A stretch of 34,787 nt of DNA from Candidatus Micrarchaeia archaeon. Its GTDB lineage: Archaea > Micrarchaeota > Micrarchaeia > Anstonellales > J096. The first letter of the stretch is position 1. Each line of letters opens with the position of its first letter. A program made the position numbers and the translations under genes. The stretch lies in NCBI GenBank assembly GCA_041500865.1, contig JBGQMY010000010.1, forward strand, positions 1 through 34,787, written 5' to 3'. This document shows positions 26,022-33,361 of this stretch, one piece after another. The notes below the pieces were generated by a model, which saw only the letters and a program-made list of their open reading frames with translations, did no database searches and was not told the DNA's origin.

Positions 26022-27070
26022 GGCTGTGCCGCGCCTGCAGCAAAAGGTTTGCAAAAAAATTACCGATTGGGGACTGCCATGTCTGCGGAAACAGGATGGA
26101 CGGCATTGAAAAAACCATTTCAGCATACGGGTTCAGCTCGATAGAAACAAGCGGGGCGAAAAGGTTCTCGGTGTCAAGCGCCATAGGCAAAAAAACGCTG
26201 ATGTGGGAGGAGGACGTTTTTGACGTATGCCTTGGCGAGACCATAAAGCGCCAGCTCAACAGGATAATGCGCGAAACGATAGAGAAAAAGACGGGGTGGG
26301 AATACGGCCCCGATTGCCCGGACGTCTCCTTCAGCCTTGACCTTAACACAGGGAAGATGTCGCACAGGATGGAGCCGCTGTTCGTCTTTGGAAGGTATGA
26401 AAAGCTTGAGCCAAACGTTTCGCAAAAGGAATGGATAGTCAAAAGGTTTCCGTCATTGGAAGGCATAATCGGAGAAAAAATGAAGGAAACGGCAAAGGCG
26501 GACTCTTTCACGATGCATGCATCCGGAAGGGAGGACATAGACGTCACGAACACTGCGGGAAGGCCGTTCGTGATGGAGCTCAGGGGCGCGAAGGTGAGGG
26601 ATGCAAATCTTAAGAAGATGGAAAATGAGATAAACGAGGACAGGAGGGTAAAGGTAAAACTGATAAGCTACGCCAATCCGTCATTCGTCGCGCTTGTGTC
26701 GGACTCGCATTTTGACAAGACGTACAGGGCGTACATATCGTCAGAGCCGGAGCTGGATGAAAACGATTTGAAAAAGATAATGGCGCTTGAAGGAAAACGC
26801 ATAAGCCAGCAGACCCCGGCGCGCGTAATCAACAGGAGGGCGGACCTCATAAGGCTAAGAAAAATCCACTCGCTGAAGGCCGGAAAGGACGGCAGGGGAC
26901 GTTATGTTGACGTAGGCTGCGAGGCCGGGCTCTACATAAAGGAGCTGGTTAGCGGGGACGGCGGAAGGACAACGCCGAGCTTCTCAACCGCAACCAATAA
27001 GAACGTTAGGTGCGACAGCCTAACCGTGACTGAAATAAAGGACGGGTTCCTTGACACGGTGAAACCATGA
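26018..27070 (+). CDS. pus10: tRNA pseudouridine(54/55) synthase Pus10
   Basis: N-terminal CxxC...CxxC, GRYEK, HASGREDIDV, GRPF, QQTP, GLYIKELVSGDGGRTTPS. Confidence 0.92.
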   Translation: MRLCRACSKRFAKKLPIGDCHVCGNRMDGIEKTISAYGFSSIETSGAKRFSVSSAIGKKTLMWEEDVFDVCLGETIKRQLNRIMRETIEKKTGWEYGPDCPDVSFSLDLNTGKMSHRMEPLFVFGRYEKLEPNVSQKEWIVKRFPSLEGIIGEKMKETAKADSFTMHASGREDIDVTNTAGRPFVMELRGAKVRDANLKKMENEINEDRRVKVKLISYANPSFVALVSDSHFDKTYRAYISSEPELDENDLKKIMALEGKRISQQTPARVINRRADLIRLRKIHSLKAGKDGRGRYVDVGCEAGLYIKELVSGDGGRTTPSFSTATNKNVRCDSLTVTEIKDGFLDTVKP

Positions 27071-27915
27071 TTGACATGTCATTCATACTTGGATACGCGG
27101 AAATGCCGTTTGAGGCGCTGAGGATATTTGTCTCTCTTGCCATACTTGCGGTCTGCACCTATTTTGACCTTTTCAAGGACAAGAACATACCAGACAAGGT
27201 GCTTTATGCGTCAGCAGCGATAGCAGTAATAATTGCGCTGCCGGCGCCGCAGAGCCTTCTCCTGATGGAGTTTGCGCAGGCCGGTTTGCTTGCGCTGGCA
27301 TGCTATGTCTTCTACAGGATGGGGTGCCTGGGGGGCGCCGAGATGTTCGTCATGCCTGCAATCGCGCTGCTGCTGCCCGTGCCGCCCGTCGCGTCCGCCG
27401 TGTTCCTGAACTTCCCGTTCATACTGTTCACGCTTTTGTTCAGCGGCATGCTGTTCGCGCTCACGAATTTCATGTACTTTGCGTACGGGCTTGCGAAGTC
27501 GGGCGCAAAGCTGAAGCTCAACGCCGAGGGCACGAGCATGGCGCTCATGACGGTTATTTTCGCGGCCGTGTACATGGGCACGCCGATAGGCAACCCGGCC
27601 ATACTTGCCGTGGTGATAAGCCTCGGCCTCATGTCTTTCCTCTATTATACGTACAAGCCGGAGCTGGACGAGATGATGAGCGGCGAGGTTGGGATTGAAA
27701 AGGCGGAGGAAGAGGTCGTCAACATGAAAAAGCTTGACGAAAAGGCAAGGGAAATCTTCAAGCTATCGCCGCTGGTCACGGCAGACGCGATAAAGGGGCT
27801 GAAGAAGCTTGGCATAAGGAAAATCATAGTCATGAAGGGCATGCCGCCGTACATGCCGTTCCTGCTTGCAGGGGAGATCGTCGCAATCCTCTACGCGAAG
27901 CTGCTTCTGTTTTAG
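27067..27915 (+). CDS. A24-family prepilin/preflagellin peptidase-like membrane protein
   Basis: YFDL...IPD, LGGAE (normally GGAD), C-terminal GMPPYMPFLLAG. Confidence 0.75.
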   Translation: MIDMSFILGYAEMPFEALRIFVSLAILAVCTYFDLFKDKNIPDKVLYASAAIAVIIALPAPQSLLLMEFAQAGLLALACYVFYRMGCLGGAEMFVMPAIALLLPVPPVASAVFLNFPFILFTLLFSGMLFALTNFMYFAYGLAKSGAKLKLNAEGTSMALMTVIFAAVYMGTPIGNPAILAVVISLGLMSFLYYTYKPELDEMMSGEVGIEKAEEEVVNMKKLDEKAREIFKLSPLVTADAIKGLKKLGIRKIIVMKGMPPYMPFLLAGEIVAILYAKLLLF

Positions 27916-27976
27916 CGGGGAGCCCTTGCCCTATTGTGACGCGGTGATATCGTGGCTCCGCAGGGCGCAAAATGCC

Positions 27977-28020
27977 TTCTTTTTCCCCAAGTGCTTTTTC
28001 TTCGCGAAGAAAAAGGACTT
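27977..28020. repeat. ~45-bp hairpin repeat directly 3' of the C/D sRNA (copy 2)
   Basis: TTCTTTTTCCCCAAGTGCTTTTTCTTCGCGAAGAAAAAGGACTT. Confidence 0.85.
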
Positions 28021-28083
28021 CAGCAGTCAGTCGCTGTCTTGCCTCATCACCAATCAGAGGTTGTTCACGTCATCATCCTGCTG
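28021..28083 (-). ncRNA. Box C/D 2'-O-methylation guide sRNA
   Basis: CAGCAG-G-ATGATGA(C)-CGTGAACAACCT-CTGA(D')-TTG-GTGATGA(C')-GGCAAGACAGCGA-CTGA(D)-CTGCTG: four consensus boxes, 12/13-nt guides, 6-bp terminal stem, TATA 30 nt upstream. Confidence 0.9.
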
Positions 28084-28105
28084 ATTATGAAATGGCCTCA
28101 ATAAG

Positions 28106-28113
28106 TTTAAAAA
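28106..28113. promoter_or_regulatory. Candidate bidirectional TATA box (sppA / C/D sRNA)
   Basis: TTTAAAAA begins 30 nt before the sppA ATG; its complement begins 30 nt before the sRNA 5' end. Confidence 0.55.
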
Positions 28114-28135
28114 CAATTCCGAACCATCCCAAGCC

Positions 28136-29119
28136 ATGGTTGACACAAGCCAGGGGCAGAGGAATTACGGCAGGGGGGCGAATGCAGCGCCGTTTTCGGT
28201 TGGAAACATAGACCAAAGGAAGCTGGTCTTCTTCGGAGCGATTGTGATAGCGATAGGGCTTTTCGCCGCAATCGGCATAATGATGTTCATGGGCGCTTTC
28301 CAGCTGCCGTTCCAGGACTGCGTTGCCGTTGTCAACGTGGACGGCGAGATATCGTCGCAGGGGACGCCTGCAACGCTGCTTTCTTCCGGCTCTCCGGGCG
28401 CAGAGGACATAGCGAATTCCATATCATCGCTCAATGACAGAAGCGACGTGAAAGCCGTCGTAGTTAAGATAAACAGCCCTGGCGGCGGGGTCATTGCATC
28501 CCGCCAGATATACGAGGCGCTGAAGGGCCTCAACAAGACGAAGGTCGCGTACCTTTATGAGGAGGCGGCAAGCGGAGGATATTACATTGCGCTCGGGACC
28601 GATTACATAGTTGCAGAGCCTGACACGATAACCGGAAGCATAGGCGTCATATCGCTGACGATGGACCTGACCGGGCTCATGGAAAAGGTGGGCGTCAACA
28701 TATCCACGATAAAGAGCGCAGGCCACAAGGACTTCCTCAGCGAGTACAAGGCATCAGACCCCGAGGAGGTCGCGATAATGCAGGGCATAATAAACGAGAC
28801 TTTTGGGGAGTTTGTCGGCGTGCTGAAGGACAGCAGGGGAAGCAAGATAGCGAACAGCAACATCACCATGCTTACTGACGGAAGGGTATTTTCAGGAAGG
28901 CAGGCGGTGAAATACGGACTTGCCGACATGCTCGGGAACAAGGATGACGCAATAAGGAAGGCCGCGGATTTGGCAAACATGACGTATGACAAGAAGCCAA
29001 CCGTCTGCATCGTGTCGCTGTCATCGCAGGGAAGCAATGGCCTGTTCTCGGATCTTGAAAGGACGGTGGCGACAATATACCTGGGCAATTACCAGAGCAC
29101 GGGGCTATACCTAAAATGA
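28136..29119 (+). CDS. sppA: Signal peptide peptidase SppA (S49)
   Basis: N-terminal TM, INSPGG, AASGGY, TGSIGV, DGRVFSG. Confidence 0.92.
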   Translation: MVDTSQGQRNYGRGANAAPFSVGNIDQRKLVFFGAIVIAIGLFAAIGIMMFMGAFQLPFQDCVAVVNVDGEISSQGTPATLLSSGSPGAEDIANSISSLNDRSDVKAVVVKINSPGGGVIASRQIYEALKGLNKTKVAYLYEEAASGGYYIALGTDYIVAEPDTITGSIGVISLTMDLTGLMEKVGVNISTIKSAGHKDFLSEYKASDPEEVAIMQGIINETFGEFVGVLKDSRGSKIANSNITMLTDGRVFSGRQAVKYGLADMLGNKDDAIRKAADLANMTYDKKPTVCIVSLSSQGSNGLFSDLERTVATIYLGNYQSTGLYLK

Positions 29120-29406
29120 GAACATACAAGCCGTCGCACAGGCCTGACTTCAGGTACATCGAGATTGACAATGCCGGAAGGGTTGACATAGGCTCGTACC
29201 TGCTGGGCTTCTTCGGGACGTCCGGTTTCGGCGCCCTGATGTTCAAGCCGATAAGCAAGCGCGGCAGCTCGGAGACAATAAGGGTGGAAAGGGGCTCTGC
29301 AAGGGCCGTGGCAGGCGCGCTGCTCTGCTCGAAGGGCAGGATAAGGATTAAGAGGATAAGCGGGACGCTGGCAAGCTTGGGAAGGAAGATGAAGAAGGAT
29401 GCATAA
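29116..29406 (+). CDS. rnp2: RNase P protein component 2 (Pop5/Rpp14 family)
   Basis: RYI...FFGTSG...IRVER...V.GAL...ISGT pattern typical of Pop5; translationally coupled to sppA. Confidence 0.65.
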   Translation: MRTYKPSHRPDFRYIEIDNAGRVDIGSYLLGFFGTSGFGALMFKPISKRGSSETIRVERGSARAVAGALLCSKGRIRIKRISGTLASLGRKMKKDA

Positions 29407-29854
29407 GACGATAATCGCTGTTTTGGTCGTTTTTGCAATGCTGTATGGGTGCCTTGGCCAGGGCCAGGTGAGCAACGAGGAAGTGGACAAGGTGCTAAAC
29501 GGCACGGACAGGAAGAACGTCAGCGTCGGCATACTGATGTATTATGGCGAAGGCTGCCCGCACTGCGCGAACACCATATCGCTGCTGAACGAGCTCAACC
29601 AGTCCTACAACATAAGCATGACGCTTAAGGAGACATGGCACAACGACGCTAACCAGAACGAGATGCTTGCCGCGTACGGCAAATTCGGGGCAAACACGAG
29701 CCTGGCAGGCGTGCCGACCATGATTATAGGCGGGAAAATGATGGTCATTGGCGAGCTCTCTGTCAAGAACTGGATAAAGACGATTGACATGTGCGGTAGC
29801 GGAAGGTGCCCGTCCGGCGCCTTTGATGACGACACGGTTCCGGCCCTGGGCTAG
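29399..29854 (+). CDS. Thioredoxin/glutaredoxin-like lipoprotein
   Basis: LYGC lipobox, CPHC, GVPT cis-Pro loop. Confidence 0.8.
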   Translation: MHKTIIAVLVVFAMLYGCLGQGQVSNEEVDKVLNGTDRKNVSVGILMYYGEGCPHCANTISLLNELNQSYNISMTLKETWHNDANQNEMLAAYGKFGANTSLAGVPTMIIGGKMMVIGELSVKNWIKTIDMCGSGRCPSGAFDDDTVPALG

Positions 29855-29900
29855 GCTAAAGGCAAGGTATTTAAAAATGTTTATAAAAAAATCTCCATCC

Positions 29901-31136
29901 ATGGACATGTCTAGGATATTCTTTGCATTCGCCATTTTGGCGCTCTTGGCAATGCCGGGATGCATCGGCGGGGCCCAGTCGGGCGGGACCGGGACCGCAA
30001 TCAACGTGACGATGGTCGTCTACGAGGGCATAGGCTGCCCGCACTGCACGAACACCATAACGCTGCTGAACGACATACAGAAAACGTACAATTTTACCCT
30101 CATACTCAAAGAGGTGAGGTATAACCCGGACAACAACAAGGAACTTTTCAGCATGTACGACAGGTTCGGGTACGACTCCGCGAACGGCGGCATACCCACG
30201 ACGATAGTCAACGACAGGATAATGATAGTCGGGGAGCTTTCCAGGGACTCAACGATAAAGCTGATAAACATATGCCAAAGCTCAAGGTGCCCTGTAGGCG
30301 CATACACGAGCGCGCAGATGGACGAGCTGATAAAAAACATAGAGCAGAACGCCAACTTCAGCTACGACACGGAGCTTAAGCTGAACCGGACGGCCAATGC
30401 GAGCGTCTCGCCAACAAAGAATCCGGGAGACATACCTTTGATGATACTGGTGCCGGCTGCGGTCGCAGACTCCATAAATCCTTGTACTATGGCGATAATG
30501 GCCATGCTGCTTGCCATAACGCTTGAGAAGAAAGGCAAGAAAAGCGTGCTGATGAGCGGCGCCGTTTTCGTGACCGTCATCTTCATATGCTATTTCCTGA
30601 TGGGGCTTGGCGTCATGAAGGTCGTTGGCGACATCAGCATAGAGAAATATTTCTTCTATCTGATGCTGATTATTTCCACTGTGATAACCATCCTGGAGAT
30701 AAGGGCCTATTTCGCCTACCATCCTGGAATGGAGTCCATAGAGATACCGATGTTCCTGAGGCCGCAGCTCCAGAAGGTCATGCAGATGGCGACCTCGCTG
30801 CCCATGGTGGCTGTCGTTGCCCTGTTCTGCTCGCTGTTCCTTTTGCCGTGCTCGTCAGGCCCGTACCTGATGATACTCAGCATGCTGTCAATGACCGACA
30901 TATGGACAACAGCTTTCTTCAAGGCAGTGGGATATTTGCTGCTTTACAATGCGATATTCATTGTTCCGCTGCTGGCGATAACCGCGATTGTAGCATTCGG
31001 CATAAGGAACCCGGGGGACATACTGACATTGAGGGACAAGTACGTGAAGCAGATGCACCTTGTTGCAGGTTTGCTTATGCTGGTCGTTACAGTCATGCTT
31101 GCTGCGTTCGTGTTCAACAGCGGGCTGTTCCGCTGA
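29901..31136 (+). CDS. Thioredoxin-like domain fused to a CcdA/DsbD-type membrane domain
   Basis: MPGC lipobox, CPHC, GIPT; ADSINPC and LPCSSGPY redox Cys in ~6 TM helices; start may be 29907. Confidence 0.85.
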   Translation: MDMSRIFFAFAILALLAMPGCIGGAQSGGTGTAINVTMVVYEGIGCPHCTNTITLLNDIQKTYNFTLILKEVRYNPDNNKELFSMYDRFGYDSANGGIPTTIVNDRIMIVGELSRDSTIKLINICQSSRCPVGAYTSAQMDELIKNIEQNANFSYDTELKLNRTANASVSPTKNPGDIPLMILVPAAVADSINPCTMAIMAMLLAITLEKKGKKSVLMSGAVFVTVIFICYFLMGLGVMKVVGDISIEKYFFYLMLIISTVITILEIRAYFAYHPGMESIEIPMFLRPQLQKVMQMATSLPMVAVVALFCSLFLLPCSSGPYLMILSMLSMTDIWTTAFFKAVGYLLLYNAIFIVPLLAITAIVAFGIRNPGDILTLRDKYVKQMHLVAGLLMLVVTVMLAAFVFNSGLFR

Positions 31137-31199
31137 AGCTTTTTAGGGAAAAGCTTCAGCAAAAAGAGCCTTTTGGAAAAAGGCTCCAGCGAAAAACGG
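31133..31199. repeat. Two tandem copies of a REP-like palindrome
   Basis: CTGAAGCTTTTTAGGGAAAAGCTTCAGCAAAAAG and GAGCCTTTTGGAAAAAGGCTCCAGCGAAAAACG; reverse-complement relatives of 22744-22780. Confidence 0.8.
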
Positions 31200-31248
31200 A
31201 TTGATGCCAATCAACATCATTTTTAACCTCTCTTATTAACATTAAACC

Positions 31249-32013
31249 ATGCAGATTCAGGAAAAAAGGCCTGAACGCTGGGAAAGGCACAACAACCCCC
31301 TTAAGTTCAAGCCAGAGCCAGACGACGCGGCAGGCGCAATTAAGCACAACCAGAAGCTCCTGGACTGGATGCTCATACAAGGCGCGGGGATGGTTTGGAT
31401 AGATGCGGATAAAATCAAAAACCTACTGGACAAGGGCGCCAACCCCAATGCGCGGATAAATGGCGGCGAAAGCGCGCTTATGGAGGCCGCAGAGTATGCG
31501 CGTGCCGACGTCTGCTCATTGCTGCTTGAGAAAGGGGCGGACGTTGACGGAAAGAACAGCTATAAGGACACTCCTCTTATGCGTGCTGCGGCAGCCGGCT
31601 TGAGAGACACGGTTCTTCTGCTGCTGGAGCATGGGGCCAGAATCAACGCAAGGAACAGGGCAGGCGAAACTGCGCTCATGCTGGCGATAAAGGATAACCA
31701 TAGGGAGAATATTGAAACGGTCAGGCTCCTGGTTGAGCATGGCGCAAAGGTGAATGCAAGGAGCGGAAATCGCATGACCGCGCTCTTGGATGCCGCAAGC
31801 TACCGCCATGCCCGCATTGCCGAATTCCTGCTGGAGCATGGGGCAGACGCAAACGCAACCGATTGCCTCAACCAAACCGCGCTCACGCACGTTACAAACG
31901 AAAACAGCGAACTTTTCCAAATGCTGAAAGACGCGGAATCCATGCAGAAAATCGTCGGCTTGCCTGCATTGGGCGGGTTTTTGTCCAGCTTCCGCGAATG
32001 CATCGGAAGATAA
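31249..32013 (+). CDS. Ankyrin repeat protein with FxxxFxxC tail (ank8)
   Basis: GESALMEAA, DTPLMRAAAAG, GETALMLAI, MTALLDAA; ends FLSSFRECIGR. Confidence 0.92.
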   Translation: MQIQEKRPERWERHNNPLKFKPEPDDAAGAIKHNQKLLDWMLIQGAGMVWIDADKIKNLLDKGANPNARINGGESALMEAAEYARADVCSLLLEKGADVDGKNSYKDTPLMRAAAAGLRDTVLLLLEHGARINARNRAGETALMLAIKDNHRENIETVRLLVEHGAKVNARSGNRMTALLDAASYRHARIAEFLLEHGADANATDCLNQTALTHVTNENSELFQMLKDAESMQKIVGLPALGGFLSSFRECIGR

Positions 32014-32062
32014 CCGCCGGAATATGATTACCTTTAAAAACAACGGGACGCAAACTGTATCC

Positions 32063-33361
32063 ATGGGCGATGCCAAAAGCCTATTCAAAAGCGTGCTTGA
32101 GAGAATAAAACCCTCCAAGGACGAAAAGAAAAAGATAAACGACACTGTTTCCCATATAAAATCAAGGCTGGAGAGGCACCTGCCTAAAGGCGTGAGGATG
32201 CTGCTGGCCGGCTCCATAGCAAAAGGAACTTTTCTCCATGGCGAGGGCGACATAGACCTATTTCTTTTGTTTCCGAAAACGTTTGACAAGGAGGCCATGG
32301 GAAAGCTGGTCATAGACATCGTCAAGAAGGAGTTCCGCAACTACGAGATAGCGTATGCCGAACATCCATACGCAAGGATATTCGTCAATGGCATAAAGGC
32401 GGACATCGTGCCTGCCTACAACATAACGCATGTTGCGCACATGGGCTCAGCCGTTGACAGGAGCAAGTTCCACGTCAATTTCGTCAAAAAGCACCTGAAG
32501 GTCGTTGATGGCGTGCTTTTGCTCAAGAAGATGCTGAAGTCCTTCCGCATATACGGGGCCGACATGAAGTCAAAGGGTGTCTCGGGATACCTAGCCGAGC
32601 TGATGATAATAAGGTATGGAGGCCTTGAAAAAGCCATGGAAGCAATCTCCAAATGGAGGTTTGGGGAGGTTGTGGAAATAAACGAAAGGTGGAAGGACAA
32701 GGAAAAGGCAAGGCAGAAGTTCCAGGGCGCTCCGCTGATATTCATAGACCCGACTGACAGGAACAGGAACGTCGCATCTGCGCTTTCGGCAGAGAACTTC
32801 TCAAGGCTGGTTTTGCTGGCAAGGGCATATGCCAAGAAACCGGATGAGATGCTTTTCTTCCCCAAGCCAAAAAAGGCGAAATACATGCCGAGGCTCATAG
32901 GCATAAGGTTCAGGAGCCCGAAGATAATAGACGAGACCAAGTACGGCGAGCTTGGCAGGCTGGCGTCAAAGGTCGCAAGGCACCTTGAGTCAAAGGGCTT
33001 TGAGGTCATCCTTGCGCAGGCATACGACAACGGGACGGTGAGCGCATGCGCGATAGGGGTGGCCAACGACCTTGTCGGAAAGAACTTCATAAGGCACGGC
33101 CCGCCGCTGGAGATGGCCGAAGGGGTCGCAAGGTTCATTACAGACAAGACGTTCTTCAGGGAAGGCAGGATTGTGAGCATGGCCCAGAGGGAGGCGACCG
33201 CGGCAGTGGAAGAGGCGAGGAAAGCCTGCGCATCAGGCGCCCTGCCGAAGCATTTTGAAAGAAGGACGATGAAAATCTCGTATCTGGAAAAGGGGAGCGC
33301 CGCCTACAAGGAGATGGAACGGGGAAGGGCGCTTGACGAGCTCATTCTTTCGCTCCAATGA
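32063..33361 (+). CDS. cca: Archaeal (class I) CCA-adding enzyme
   Basis: GSIAKGTFL...DIDLF, YAEHPY, DIVP, SAVDRS, SGYLAEL, DPTDRNRNVASA; start chosen by TATA spacing (track ORF starts at 32024). Confidence 0.95.
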   Translation: MGDAKSLFKSVLERIKPSKDEKKKINDTVSHIKSRLERHLPKGVRMLLAGSIAKGTFLHGEGDIDLFLLFPKTFDKEAMGKLVIDIVKKEFRNYEIAYAEHPYARIFVNGIKADIVPAYNITHVAHMGSAVDRSKFHVNFVKKHLKVVDGVLLLKKMLKSFRIYGADMKSKGVSGYLAELMIIRYGGLEKAMEAISKWRFGEVVEINERWKDKEKARQKFQGAPLIFIDPTDRNRNVASALSAENFSRLVLLARAYAKKPDEMLFFPKPKKAKYMPRLIGIRFRSPKIIDETKYGELGRLASKVARHLESKGFEVILAQAYDNGTVSACAIGVANDLVGKNFIRHGPPLEMAEGVARFITDKTFFREGRIVSMAQREATAAVEEARKACASGALPKHFERRTMKISYLEKGSAAYKEMERGRALDELILSLQ

